A DNA stretch of 64,000 nt from NCBI GenBank assembly GCA_052273485.1, contig DAVZID010000007.1, positions 2,607 through 66,606 of the forward strand. The letters are read 5' to 3'. Below are positions 30,166-40,842 of the stretch, piece by piece. Position 1 is the first letter of the stretch, and every line of letters starts with the position of its first letter. This DNA comes from Lachnospiraceae bacterium. Its GTDB lineage: Bacteria > Bacillota > Clostridia > Lachnospirales > Lachnospiraceae. A model generated the notes under the pieces. The model did not search any database. It worked only from the letters and a program-made list of their open reading frames with translations, and had not been told where the DNA came from. Position numbers and translations under genes: made by a program.

Positions 30166-32445
30166 TTAGCCATTCGAACGTTCGATATCAATGACGCTGT
30201 TGACCGACATTAAGCGGTTGATCAGCTGCTGGAGTGCCTCCACGCCGCCAATTTCAAACGACATGTTGATAGTTGCTGTTCCCTGCTTACTTGTCTTGGA
30301 ACTCATAGACGCAATGTCAATCTCACGCTCGGTAAAGATCTTCGAGATATCTGCAAAAACACCAATACGATTGTTGCAGTAAATCTTGATCTCCGCCATA
30401 AATTTCTCTGTCGAATGAAGGCTTTCCTGCTGCCACTCGACATCGACAAGTCTTGACTTCTCAGACTCTGGAAGCACCATTACATTCACACAATCGGTAC
30501 GGTGAATAGAAATGCCTCGTCCCCTGGTGATAAATCCAACGATCTCGTCACCTGGAACAGGAGAACAGCATCTGGAGAAACGAACGTTGACATCAACAAC
30601 GCCATTTACAAGAACGCCGCTGGTGCTGCGAATCTTCACTGGCTTACTCTTGTTGCCCTCAATTACTGCCGCTAATACCTGCTCGTCAGTCGGTGCTTTC
30701 TTCTTGGATTCCTGATACAGATCAATCAGCTTGTTTACAATCTGGCCTTCCTTAAGACCGCCATGTCCAACTGCTGCCAGCACAGAATCCCAATCGCGGA
30801 AGCCGTACTTTGCGACAACCTTCTTGACAAACTCTGGCTTTGTCAGCTCGCTGATCTCAAAGCCCTTGCCCTTGGCACAGCTTGCAACAAGTTCCTTTCC
30901 TCTGGTAATGTTGCCCGCTCTTCCTTCCTGCTTGAACCACTGATTGATCTTATTCTTTGCCTGTGTACTCTTTGCAATGTTTAGCCAGTCACGGCTCGGT
31001 CCCTTGACGTTCTGAGACGTAAAGATCTCAATACGGTCACCATTTTGAATCTTATAATCCAGCGGAACCATCTTGCCGTTGACTGCTGCCTGCTTCATGC
31101 GGTTTCCGACTGCGGAATGGATGCTGTAGGCAAAGTCAATCGGTGTAGAGCCTGCCGGAAGGTTCTTGACATCACCCTGTGGGGTAAAGCAGTACACGTT
31201 ATCCGAGAACAAATCAAGGTCATTTTTGACCATGCTCATAAATTCCTTGTTATCGGAAACATCCTTCTGCCACTCCAGAATCTGACGCAGCCAGGAAAGC
31301 TTTGCCTCCTCATCACGCACAGTTGTGTCACCCGATCCGCGCTCCTTGTACTTCCAGTGCGCTGCGATACCATATTCAGCGGTGCGGTGCATCTCAAAGG
31401 TACGAATCTGAATCTCAAACGGCTGTCCGTTTTTAGCGATCAGCGTCGTATGAAGGGACTGGTACATGTTCGGCTTTGGCATCGCAATGTAGTCCTTAAA
31501 ACGAACGGTGATCGGATGATACATTTCGTGGATAACACCGAGTGCAGCGTAACAATCCTTTACCGTGTCAACAATGATACGAACGGCAAAGATATCGTAG
31601 ATCTGATCGAGCGTTTTATCCTGATTGACCATCTTTTTGTAGATGCTAAACAGATGCTTTACTCGGCCGGAAATCTCTGCCTTAATATCGGCTTCCTTGA
31701 GCTTTACGGCAACCTCAGACTTAATCTCGTCGATGAATCGCTCACGCGCGTCCTGCGTACTGTAAATCTTTTCGGTCAATTCCTTGTACACATCAGGATG
31801 CAGATACATAAGGGCCAAATCGTCAAGCTCCGTCTTAATTTTGGAAATACCAAGACGCGATGCAAGCGGTGAGTAAATCTCAAGTGTCTCTTTTGCCTTT
31901 TGCTTTTGTGTCTCTGGCTTCCAGAACTGTCCGGTACGCATATTGTGTAAACGGTCGGCAAGCTTAACCATGATGACTCGGATATCCTTTGCCATCGCGA
32001 GGAACATCTTACGCAAATTTTCCGCCTGAATCTCAATCTTATCCATATCCCAGTTGATCTGCGTCAGCTTTGTGACGCCATCAACTAAAAATGCGATCTC
32101 CTCTCCAAACAGATCAATCAACTGCTTAAGTGTTACCGGGGTATCTTCTAGTACATCGTGAAGAAGTCCCGCTGCGATACTCTCCTTATCCAGCTCAAGC
32201 TCCGCCAGAATGATGGCGACACAGAGTGGGTGGATAATGTACGGCTCACCGGAGCGCCTGCGCTGATCTCCATGTGATTTTAGAGCAACCTCATAAGCCT
32301 TGCGGATCAGTGACAAATCACTAGATGGGTGATACTTTCTGACACTCTCCTCTAATTCTTTATATAACTCTTCCGGCGATGTAAAATTCGCCGGCGCCTT
32401 CACCGAAGGTTTTGGTGGGATTAATCCTTCTTCTTGTGGATTCAT
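30166..32445 (-). CDS. relA: bifunctional (p)ppGpp synthetase/hydrolase
   Basis: This 759-aa protein has an HD domain (HDVLEDT) and a RelA/SpoT synthetase domain. TGS and C-terminal ACT regions are also present. Confidence 0.93.
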   Translation of the reverse strand: MNPQEEGLIPPKPSVKAPANFTSPEELYKELEESVRKYHPSSDLSLIRKAYEVALKSHGDQRRRSGEPYIIHPLCVAIILAELELDKESIAAGLLHDVLEDTPVTLKQLIDLFGEEIAFLVDGVTKLTQINWDMDKIEIQAENLRKMFLAMAKDIRVIMVKLADRLHNMRTGQFWKPETQKQKAKETLEIYSPLASRLGISKIKTELDDLALMYLHPDVYKELTEKIYSTQDARERFIDEIKSEVAVKLKEADIKAEISGRVKHLFSIYKKMVNQDKTLDQIYDIFAVRIIVDTVKDCYAALGVIHEMYHPITVRFKDYIAMPKPNMYQSLHTTLIAKNGQPFEIQIRTFEMHRTAEYGIAAHWKYKERGSGDTTVRDEEAKLSWLRQILEWQKDVSDNKEFMSMVKNDLDLFSDNVYCFTPQGDVKNLPAGSTPIDFAYSIHSAVGNRMKQAAVNGKMVPLDYKIQNGDRIEIFTSQNVKGPSRDWLNIAKSTQAKNKINQWFKQEGRAGNITRGKELVASCAKGKGFEISELTKPEFVKKVVAKYGFRDWDSVLAAVGHGGLKEGQIVNKLIDLYQESKKKAPTDEQVLAAVIEGNKSKPVKIRSTSGVLVNGVVDVNVRFSRCCSPVPGDEIVGFITRGRGISIHRTDCVNVMVLPESEKSRLVDVEWQQESLHSTEKFMAEIKIYCNNRIGVFADISKIFTEREIDIASMSSKTSKQGTATINMSFEIGGVEALQQLINRLMSVNSVIDIERSNG

Positions 32446-32578
32446 AAGCAGACACCTCTTTCCTCATTTCAGTCCTTGCATTTACTTCATTGTTTATTTC
32501 AACTCACAATCGTTATTTTCACGGAATCTGACACCTTGAAAATAATTCGACTGCAGCCTGCCTCATGTCAACAGAAGC

Positions 32579-33415
32579 TTATAAGCTTGCGTACTTGTCT
32601 TCCATAAACTGTCTTGCCTGCTGTGCATTTGACGGAACCGTATCCTCCAACAGCACATGGATATGCGGCTTATGTTCCTTAATATAACGCAGTAAAAACT
32701 CATAGTCCATCTGACCTGTTCCGCATGCGCAGCTTAACAGCTTTCCATTCTCAATCTTGAAGTCCTTTGCATGGATGGTAGCAATATCTGGTCCAAGGAT
32801 CTCAACAAACTCCTTGAAGATTGCCGGATAATCCTGATAATTGGACTCGTTCAGCAAATTTACCGGGTCGAAGATGATCTGTAAATTCGGGGAATTGATC
32901 GCATCGAGAACTTTTCTGGCACGCTTTGCATTGTTTACGATGTGACGGCATACCGGCTCGATTGCAACGATCACGCCAAGCTTCTCTGCATACTCGACAA
33001 CCGGGCGCAGATTCTTGATAAAGATCTGAAGTGCTTCCTCGGTAAAGGAAAATGGCTCGGTGCGGTACTCGGTATTGCAAGCACCCGTCTCCGTACCAAC
33101 GACACCAGCGCCAAGAAGACTTGCAAATACAATATGTCTCTTATAGGTATCGATCGTATCCTTCAATGCGGCCTCGTCCGGGGTTGCCAGGTTCTGATAG
33201 CAGCCAAGAACGGCAACGTCTACCTTATTCTCTGCAAACACTTCTTTCATGTACAATGCCATACCAGGAGTTAAAACCTCCTTCTGGGTCGGGAACTCAT
33301 GAACTGCCTTCGGTACTGCCAACTGGCAACAGTGCATCCCCTCATTGTGGATTTCCTTTACAAGCCCTTCAAATGTATCTGCCTTTACATCATGGGCACG
33401 AATTCCGATTCTCAT
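32579..33415 (-). CDS. sugar phosphate isomerase/epimerase (xylose-isomerase-like TIM barrel)
   Basis: This 278-aa protein has the pattern of the AP-endonuclease-2/TIM barrel family (VAIEPV..., ATIHAKD). Confidence 0.75.
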   Translation of the reverse strand: MRIGIRAHDVKADTFEGLVKEIHNEGMHCCQLAVPKAVHEFPTQKEVLTPGMALYMKEVFAENKVDVAVLGCYQNLATPDEAALKDTIDTYKRHIVFASLLGAGVVGTETGACNTEYRTEPFSFTEEALQIFIKNLRPVVEYAEKLGVIVAIEPVCRHIVNNAKRARKVLDAINSPNLQIIFDPVNLLNESNYQDYPAIFKEFVEILGPDIATIHAKDFKIENGKLLSCACGTGQMDYEFLLRYIKEHKPHIHVLLEDTVPSNAQQARQFMEDKYASL

Positions 33416-33520
33416 ACCGTTTCTCCCTCCAAAATTTTTCTTTTTGTCGTTTTTCTTTTAACAATACCATCTGTTTGATGCATTTTGTTGGCATTGTTTC
33501 ATCCGATTTCTTAATTATAC

Positions 33521-35308
33521 TCAATTTGACGAAACTCTGCAATAGTTTTGTATCACGATTTGCAAGCTTCTTTTGCCCTGAAATTCGTTAATTTGTGGAT
33601 AATAGGTCACGGCAAGGTCAATTGTATTGCGCATTCCCCGAAGCGCAGCCGCCACATTGTCCCGTCCATACTCCTCCTCAAGGAAGTCGAAGAACACATC
33701 TGTGTCACCAAAATAGAGTGCATCCATCACGACGCCTTCTGATCCCATGACAGACATTTTGACTACGTTTCGGTTCTTTCCGATGCGTGATAATCGAAGT
33801 ACCGATAAATGCTGTTGCGCAAACAGAGGCTTTTCATTTGCACGGCCAAACGGCTCGAGCTTTTCTAAATCAGCAATCACATCCTCGCTGATATAACCAA
33901 GCGGCATCGCCACGTCAATCATGACAAGTGGCATTAGCTGCGTCGGTGTGAGGGTGCAGCGCACATTTAATCCTTCTCGCAAGGTCTCCAAATTGTTCTT
34001 TTCCATCGTCAAACCAGCCGCCATCTTGTGTCCGCCAAAGCGAAGAAATAGCTTACGAAATGCGCTAAGTTCTGCAAACATATCGTAATCGTCGATGCTT
34101 CTGCCGGACGCCTTGATCTGGCCATCCTCTGCTGCATCGGTAAAGACGAGCACTGGGCGGTAATAGCGCTCACGAAGACGACCTGCAATGATACCGGCCA
34201 CACTCTCGTGGCAATCTGGTATGTAAACAAGATAGACACGCTCATCTTTCCATGGTGCATGTTCGATAATCTCCACTGCACGCTCCGTTCCTACTCGCGT
34301 CAGTTCTTTTCGCTCCTCGTTCATCGCCCAAAGCTCACCTGCTAAGGCAAGTACCTGATCGTGTTCGGTTGATTCGAGAAGTGCCAATGCATGCACGATT
34401 GTGTCAAGTCGGCCTGCCGCATTGAAGCAAGGACCTAAGATAAAGCCGATGTGATACGCGCGGATCTGCTCCGGCGAAATGCCGCACACCTCCATCAGTG
34501 CACGAAGACCAACATGTGTCGTGTGATTCAAATAAGACAATCCGATGCGCACGAGGATTCGATTTTCTCCGACAAGCTCCATGACATCGGCCACGGTCGC
34601 GATCGCTGTGTACTGCAAAAAGATTTCCTGGCGGCTCATCGTGCGTTTCATACGGCGAAATAGAAGTGCCATAAGCTGATACGCAACGCCGGTTCCACAC
34701 AAACTCTTGAATGGATATGCGCAATCCTCCTGCTTTGGATCAACGATCGCATCCGCGATTGGAAGCATGTAGTTTTTCTTTCCGTTCTTTTCCTCAAATG
34801 GCACCTCATGGTGATCGGTCACAATAACCGTCATGCCAAGCTTTTTCGCCTCCTCGACCGCCTCAAATGCAGCGATTCCATTATCACAGGTAAGAAGCAC
34901 CTCTGCCCCCTGCGCATGTGCCTCCTGCACAATACGGCTGTTTACGCCATAACCTTCCGTCACACGGTTTGGCGTAAAGATTGCGGCACATCCTCCTAGC
35001 TCAATGATCGCTTCCTTTAAGAGAAGACCAGAAAAAATTCCGTCATTATCAAAATCGCTTGAGATCGCAATCAATTTCTTATGGACAATCGCATCTTCAA
35101 GCAAAGCCGCTGCTTTGTCTGCATCCTTCATCAATGAAGGATCACTCAGCATATCTAGTGTACCTTTTAAGTAGCTTTCAATCTCCTCTTTTGTCTCGAC
35201 ATCGCGGTTTCTCATAATTCTTGCCGTCACCTGATTGATGCCGTATGCTCTGCTGATAGCCGCAAAATCTGCCTTTTTCGCGTACAGACGCCAGCGCTCT
35301 TTTTTCAT
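33521..35308 (-). CDS. recJ: single-stranded-DNA-specific exonuclease RecJ
   Basis: DHH motifs (ISSDFDNDG, VIVTDHH) and DHHA1 (GGHKMAAG) are present. Confidence 0.92.
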   Translation of the reverse strand: MKKERWRLYAKKADFAAISRAYGINQVTARIMRNRDVETKEEIESYLKGTLDMLSDPSLMKDADKAAALLEDAIVHKKLIAISSDFDNDGIFSGLLLKEAIIELGGCAAIFTPNRVTEGYGVNSRIVQEAHAQGAEVLLTCDNGIAAFEAVEEAKKLGMTVIVTDHHEVPFEEKNGKKNYMLPIADAIVDPKQEDCAYPFKSLCGTGVAYQLMALLFRRMKRTMSRQEIFLQYTAIATVADVMELVGENRILVRIGLSYLNHTTHVGLRALMEVCGISPEQIRAYHIGFILGPCFNAAGRLDTIVHALALLESTEHDQVLALAGELWAMNEERKELTRVGTERAVEIIEHAPWKDERVYLVYIPDCHESVAGIIAGRLRERYYRPVLVFTDAAEDGQIKASGRSIDDYDMFAELSAFRKLFLRFGGHKMAAGLTMEKNNLETLREGLNVRCTLTPTQLMPLVMIDVAMPLGYISEDVIADLEKLEPFGRANEKPLFAQQHLSVLRLSRIGKNRNVVKMSVMGSEGVVMDALYFGDTDVFFDFLEEEYGRDNVAAALRGMRNTIDLAVTYYPQINEFQGKRSLQIVIQNYCRVSSN

Positions 35309-35409
35309 TCTTGTTTTTCCTTTCTCTTTGCAATTACAGCTGCACTTAAAGCTTTTTAATTAAGCTTTGCAATTGCCTTTTAAACTTTTCAGTTGCCTTT
35401 TCATTTTTG

Positions 35410-36957
35410 TTATGCCTTATGGCCGCCAATCTGCTCATTTCGTTCTTTTGCAGTCGCCCCATCAAGCAGATTCATCCCCTTTAAAATCGCATTTTTGCCA
35501 AATTTCTTTTTGATCTGAAGCATGGCCTGCTGCATTTTCTTTTCCTTCTCAAGTGCTGCATCCTCTTCCTTTTCCTGCTTTTCAAGCGCCTCATAATCCG
35601 TAAACAAATCCAGTTGCTGCGGTGCTTTCTTCGTAGCCTCTGAGCCTTCCGGCACGACATGGTTTGCCGTCAGGCTAAGCTTTCTTACCAAAAGATTTGG
35701 ATCAATAATCTGGTCATACAGTTTTAATACCGTTTTTGTTGCAAGTTTTGCAGAAGACGTAAAGCGCCCGATATTGGCGCTTCCATGCGCACTTTTCGGA
35801 AGCTGTCTTCCATACCGATCGGTTTCAATCGGTCCATGATAACATTCCCTGCGCTTCGGATCCTTTAAATTTTCAACATCATACTGAATTGCTAGTGCCA
35901 TCTGATCCGTGACAAGACCTTGGTCCACTAGCCGCAAAAGCAGCTGATCCGTCATTTCCTTCACAATCAGACGCGTTTTCTCTGCCGTATATGGGCAATG
36001 AAGAACCTGACCATTTTCAATACTGCTCGACTGTGGGCGATATGCTTTAATCAGTGCAATCGTGCATGGCTCCCATCCCCAGGCATGATCAATTATAAGC
36101 TCTGCATTGATGCCAAAAAGACGATACAGCAATTCCTCATTGTGAAACTGATTGGCCTGTCCAACAGAGCACCACGCGATATCTCCCATCGTAAACATTC
36201 CATTTTGCTCTAGCTTTTTCGCTGTCTGTGGACCGATTCGCCAAAAGTCCGTGAGCGGACGATGATCCCAAAGCTTTTCGCGATAGCTCATTTCGGTCAG
36301 CTGCGCAATGCGCACACCATCGCGATCTGCCGGAATGTGCTTTGCCTCAATATCCATTGCAATTTTTGCCAGATACAAATTCGACCCAATCCCTGCTGTT
36401 GCGGTAACACCTGTTGCCTTTAGCACATCACGAATCATTTGACTTGCAAACTCATAGGCACTAAGCCCTGTTAAGATCAAATACTGCGTGATATCGACAA
36501 ACACCTCATCAATCGAATACGCATGAATATCCTCCGGTGCCACATACTTTAAATAAATCTGATAAATTTTTGTACTGTATTCAATGTATTTTGCCATTCG
36601 AGGCGGTGCAATAATATAGTCAATTTGATATTCCGGATGCTTTACAAGTTCATTTGCATCGCTGGATGAACCCAAAAATTGACGCCGTGGAAGTGAAAGA
36701 AGTCTCTTGCCATTTGCCTGCTTGACCATCTGCACCACCTCAAAAAGCCTTGCACGCCCTCCGATGCCATAGCGCTTCAGCGACGGAGATACTGCAAGGC
36801 AAATTGTTTTTTCAGTTAGCGTGGCATCTGCCACAACCAGATTTGTGCAAAGCGGATCAAGGCCACGCTCAACACATTCAACCGATGCAAAGAAGGATTT
36901 TAAATCAATGCAAAGGTACGTTTTGTAAGTTTTGCTCTCAGTCATTTCAGTCATCAT
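35410..36957 (-). CDS. Y-family (translesion) DNA polymerase
   Basis: This 515-aa protein has the palm motifs YLCIDLKSFFASVE and YSIDEVFVD. It overlaps the upstream YolD-like gene by 11 nt. Confidence 0.88.
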   Translation of the reverse strand: MMTEMTESKTYKTYLCIDLKSFFASVECVERGLDPLCTNLVVADATLTEKTICLAVSPSLKRYGIGGRARLFEVVQMVKQANGKRLLSLPRRQFLGSSSDANELVKHPEYQIDYIIAPPRMAKYIEYSTKIYQIYLKYVAPEDIHAYSIDEVFVDITQYLILTGLSAYEFASQMIRDVLKATGVTATAGIGSNLYLAKIAMDIEAKHIPADRDGVRIAQLTEMSYREKLWDHRPLTDFWRIGPQTAKKLEQNGMFTMGDIAWCSVGQANQFHNEELLYRLFGINAELIIDHAWGWEPCTIALIKAYRPQSSSIENGQVLHCPYTAEKTRLIVKEMTDQLLLRLVDQGLVTDQMALAIQYDVENLKDPKRRECYHGPIETDRYGRQLPKSAHGSANIGRFTSSAKLATKTVLKLYDQIIDPNLLVRKLSLTANHVVPEGSEATKKAPQQLDLFTDYEALEKQEKEEDAALEKEKKMQQAMLQIKKKFGKNAILKGMNLLDGATAKERNEQIGGHKA

Positions 36958-37168
36958 ACTGCTCCATTTCGATATACGCTTCTGTTTGTTGTATGGATTT
37001 TTTTACCGTTTCTTTTACCGCCGCATCATACCCTCTAAGCGCGGCATAAGAGCCAAACTGCGCAGCACGATCCGACAGCGCCATCTGCGGATGACGCTTC
37101 GAGACATGGTGGGGAAGATTGATGATATCGGCATATTTACTAGCACATTTATTGACACGTTGATCCAC
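36947..37168 (-). CDS. YolD-like protein
   Basis: This 73-aa protein carries LPHHVSKRHPQMALSDRAAQFGSYAALRGYD, the YolD-like motif. It sits directly upstream of a Y-family polymerase, as yolD sits before uvrX in Bacillus. The apparent start is GTG. Confidence 0.75.
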   Translation of the reverse strand: MDQRVNKCASKYADIINLPHHVSKRHPQMALSDRAAQFGSYAALRGYDAAVKETVKKSIQQTEAYIEMEQYDD

Positions 37169-37311
37169 TTGAGTTTTTTCGCCTCCCGTCTCTTACTGTT
37201 CATGTGGACACTTGATCACATCCACTTGCTTTACCCAGCTAAGATTATCATTATCGCAATGTGCAACAGAACCACTAGTTTCTTCGGTCTGCCAGTTGGT
37301 GTAAAGCATCA

Positions 37312-37350
37312 CCAAATCATAAAGACACTGCATGTCTCCATACAGTGTCT
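37312..37350 (-). terminator. putative terminator after ilvB
   Basis: The minus strand reads AGACACTG-N12-CAGTGTCT followed by TTATGATTTGG. Confidence 0.5.
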
Positions 37351-37382
37351 CCATAATCTAGTGTTTTCTAGGATTTTGTTTT

Positions 37383-39071
37383 TTATCTTCCAAACTTCTC
37401 AGCAACGTCCTCTTCTCCGAAGCACTCGCTGATCGGTGCACCCGGTGCTACCATCGGGAATACCTTATCGTCCTTGTCGATCTGTGCGTCGATGACAACT
37501 GGAATATTCAGTTCGATTGCTTCCTTGAGTGCAGCATCAAACTCTTCGCAGGTGCTTACGGTGTAGCCCTTTGCACCGAGTCCCTCTGCCACCTTTGCAA
37601 AGTCAACGCGGTCGTTCAATACGGTCTGGGAATATCTCTGTCCGTAGAACAGATCCTGCCACTGGCGTACCATACCAAGTACATGGTTGTTTACAACGAC
37701 CTCGATTACTGGGATGTTATATCTGGTTGCGGTTGCGATCTCGTTCATGTTCATACGGAAGCAGCCATCTCCTGCGATATTGAATACGAGCTTATCCTTA
37801 CGCGCCATCTTTGCACCGATCGCTGCGCCAAGGCCGTAGCCCATGGTTCCCAATCCGCCGGAGGTCAGAAGCTGTCTTGGTGCCTTGTACTTGTAGTACT
37901 GAGCTGCCCACATCTGATGCTGACCTACCTCGGTGGAGATAATGGCATCACCATTTGTCTCCTCATAAATCTTCTCAATGATGTACGGACCAGTCAAAAC
38001 ACCCTTATGATAGGTCATCGGATGATCTTCCTCAAAGCTCTTTACCTCTTTGATCCATTCCTTGTGATTCATCTGCGAAAGCTTTGCATTTAACTCCTCC
38101 AAGATTACCTTTACATCACCGATTACGCTCGCATCGGTCTTAATGTTTTTGTTGATCTCAGCCGGGTCAATATCAAGCTGAAGAATCTTTGCATTGGAAG
38201 CAAATTTCTTTGCATTTCCGTAAACACGGTCACTGAAACGAGCGCCGACAACAACGAGCAGATCACACTTGCTTACGCCGTTGTTTGCAGCCTTTGTTCC
38301 GTGCATACCAAGCATACCCGTGTAAAGCGGATCGGTACCGTCAAATGCACCCTTGCCCATTAAGGTATCGGTAACTGGTGCATCTACCTTGTGTACGAAC
38401 TCGTTTAACTCTGCGGATGCTCCAGATGCGATTGCACCGCCGCCGACAAAGACGTATGGCTTCTTGGATGCCTGAATCAACTCAAGTGCTTCCTCGATAT
38501 CAGCCTTCTTGATGGTATCGGTGACACGTCTGATCTGCTCTGGCTCTTTGCGCACATAATCAGCCTTGTTTGCTGTAACGTCCTTTGTGATATCGATCAG
38601 GACCGGACCCGGACGACCTTCCTTTGCAATCTTGAAGGCACGACGGATGGTATCGGCCAGCTTATTTACATCCTTTACGATGAAATTGTGCTTGGTGATC
38701 GGCATGGTCACACCAGCGATATCGATCTCCTGGAAGGAATCTCTTCCGAGAAGGGAAACGGCGACGTTACAAGTAATCGCAATAATCGGGATAGAATCCA
38801 TGTATGCCGTTGCAATTCCGGTTACCAGATTGGTGGCACCAGGACCGGAAGTTGCCATGCAGACACCTACCTTTCCGGTCGCCCTTGCATAGCCGTCCGC
38901 TGCATGAGACGCGCCCTGCTCATGGGAAGTTAAAATATGTGTGATTTCATCCGAATGCTTGTAAAGAGCATCGTATACGTTAAGAATGCAGCCGCCCGGA
39001 TAGCCGAACACGGTATCTACGCCCTGTTCCCTTAAACACTGTACTATAATCTCAGAACCTGTTAACTCCAT
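37383..39071 (-). CDS. ilvB: acetolactate synthase, large (catalytic) subunit
   Basis: This 562-aa protein has ThDP motifs GLGTMGYGLGAAIG and GDGCFRMN. Confidence 0.92.
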   Translation of the reverse strand: MELTGSEIIVQCLREQGVDTVFGYPGGCILNVYDALYKHSDEITHILTSHEQGASHAADGYARATGKVGVCMATSGPGATNLVTGIATAYMDSIPIIAITCNVAVSLLGRDSFQEIDIAGVTMPITKHNFIVKDVNKLADTIRRAFKIAKEGRPGPVLIDITKDVTANKADYVRKEPEQIRRVTDTIKKADIEEALELIQASKKPYVFVGGGAIASGASAELNEFVHKVDAPVTDTLMGKGAFDGTDPLYTGMLGMHGTKAANNGVSKCDLLVVVGARFSDRVYGNAKKFASNAKILQLDIDPAEINKNIKTDASVIGDVKVILEELNAKLSQMNHKEWIKEVKSFEEDHPMTYHKGVLTGPYIIEKIYEETNGDAIISTEVGQHQMWAAQYYKYKAPRQLLTSGGLGTMGYGLGAAIGAKMARKDKLVFNIAGDGCFRMNMNEIATATRYNIPVIEVVVNNHVLGMVRQWQDLFYGQRYSQTVLNDRVDFAKVAEGLGAKGYTVSTCEEFDAALKEAIELNIPVVIDAQIDKDDKVFPMVAPGAPISECFGEEDVAEKFGR

Positions 39072-39146
39072 ATTTATTTGTCCTTCCTTTATTTCTCTGT
39101 CTCTATTTGTCCTCTACTGGACTTTTTACTTCTAATTATCTTTTTT

Positions 39147-40823
39147 TTATTTATTGGTTCCCGGAACCTGTAAAACTGCACCCTTGCTTGCATCGGTAAC
39201 GAGTGCTGCGTAGCGTGCCAGATAACCAGTGGTTACCTTTGGCTCTCTCGGTGTCCATGCTGCTCTTCTTCTTGCCATCTCCTCATCAGAAACGCGCACA
39301 TTTAAGGTGTTTGCCGGGATATTGATCTCGATAATATCGCCTTCCTCAACAAGTGCAATCGGACCGCCGACAGCTGCCTCCGGGCATACATGTCCAATGC
39401 TGGCTCCTCTAGATGCACCAGAGAAACGTCCATCAGTGATCAATGCAACGCTGGAGCCAAGGCCCATACCTGCGATTGCGGAAGTCGGATTTAACATCTC
39501 TCTCATACCAGGGCCACCCTTTGGTCCCTCGTAACGGATGACTACAACATCACCTGCAACGATCTTGCCGCCCTTGATGGCTGCAATTGCATCGTCCTCA
39601 CAGTCGAATACACGAGCCGGTCCCTCATGAACCATCATCTCCGGTGCAACTGCGGAACGCTTTACAACACCAGAATCTGGTGCTAAGTTACCCTTTAATA
39701 CAGCGATTCCACCAGTCTGGCTGTATGGATTGTCGATCGGACGGATAACCTCTGGATCCTTGTTGACAACATTTGCGATATTCTCGCCAACGGTCTTTCC
39801 AGTAACGGTCATACAGTCAAGATTCAGCAGATTCTTCTTGGACAACTCGTTCATAACGGCATATACACCGCCTGCTTCATTTAACTGCTCCATATAAGTA
39901 TGGCCTGCCGGAGCTAAGTGGCACAGATTTGGAGTCTTTGCACTAATGCCATTTGCGATATCAACGTTTAAAGCTACGCCAGCCTCTCTTGCGATTGCCG
40001 GAAGATGAAGCATACTGTTGGTAGAACATCCAAGTGCCATATCAACAGTCAATGCATTGACAAATGCCTTCTCGGTCATGATATCTCTTGGACAGATGTT
40101 CTTCTCAACCATCTCCATAACCTTCATACCAGCGTGCTTTGCAAGCTTGATTCGCTCAGAGTAAACAGCTGGGATGGTTCCGTTGCCCTGAAGGCCCATA
40201 CCAAGAGCCTCAGTCAGACAGTTCATGGAGTTTGCGGTGTACATACCAGAGCAGGAACCGCAGGTTGGACATGTCTTACACTCGTACTCGTACACATCCT
40301 CCTCGGTCATCTTGCCTGCTGCGTAAGCACCAACTGCCTCAAACATGGAAGAAAGGCTGGTTCTCTGTCCCTTTACGTGACCAGCAAGCATCGGGCCACC
40401 GCTGACAAATACGGTCGGGATGTTAATTCTGGCTGCGGCCATTAACAGACCAGGTACGTTCTTATCACAGTTTGGAACCATAACAAGACCATCAAACTGA
40501 TGTGCCATTGCCATACACTCGGTGGAATCAGCGATCAGATCTCTTGTAACAAGAGAATACTTCATACCAACGTGTCCCATTGCGATACCATCACAGACAG
40601 CGATAGCTGGGAATACAACTGGCACACCTCCTGCCATTGCGACGCCTAACTTAACTGCCTCTACGATCTTGTCCAGATTCATATGACCTGGAACGATCTC
40701 ATTATAGGAGCTGACAATACCGATCATCGGCTTGTCCATCTCTTCCTTTGTAAAGCCTAATGCATTAAACAGGGATCTGTGCGGTGCCTGCTGCATTCCT
40801 TTTCTTACATTATCACTTCTCAT
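39147..40823 (-). CDS. ilvD: dihydroxy-acid dehydratase
   Basis: The motifs PNCDKNVPG and ITDGRFSG are present. The start at MRSDNVRKG (40823) follows AGAGGGGG. Confidence 0.93.
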   Translation of the reverse strand: MRSDNVRKGMQQAPHRSLFNALGFTKEEMDKPMIGIVSSYNEIVPGHMNLDKIVEAVKLGVAMAGGVPVVFPAIAVCDGIAMGHVGMKYSLVTRDLIADSTECMAMAHQFDGLVMVPNCDKNVPGLLMAAARINIPTVFVSGGPMLAGHVKGQRTSLSSMFEAVGAYAAGKMTEEDVYEYECKTCPTCGSCSGMYTANSMNCLTEALGMGLQGNGTIPAVYSERIKLAKHAGMKVMEMVEKNICPRDIMTEKAFVNALTVDMALGCSTNSMLHLPAIAREAGVALNVDIANGISAKTPNLCHLAPAGHTYMEQLNEAGGVYAVMNELSKKNLLNLDCMTVTGKTVGENIANVVNKDPEVIRPIDNPYSQTGGIAVLKGNLAPDSGVVKRSAVAPEMMVHEGPARVFDCEDDAIAAIKGGKIVAGDVVVIRYEGPKGGPGMREMLNPTSAIAGMGLGSSVALITDGRFSGASRGASIGHVCPEAAVGGPIALVEEGDIIEINIPANTLNVRVSDEEMARRRAAWTPREPKVTTGYLARYAALVTDASKGAVLQVPGTNK

Positions 40824-40842
40824 GGTGTAAAAACCCCCTCTA

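Noticed and set aside
37268-37283. AGAACCACTAGTTTCT as a LexA/Cheo box for the YolD-like/polymerase pair.
   Set aside because: The half-site spacing gives GAAC-N5-GTTT rather than GAAC-N4-GTTC, and there is one arm mismatch. It is not convincing without the species-specific LexA motif.
37193-37354. A 53-aa minus-strand ORF (METLYGDMQCLYDL...) upstream of the YolD-like gene, below the track cut-off.
   Set aside because: It has no Shine-Dalgarno sequence. Its first codons form the AGACACTG/CAGTGTCT hairpin, which looks like the ilvB terminator. No motif is recognisable.
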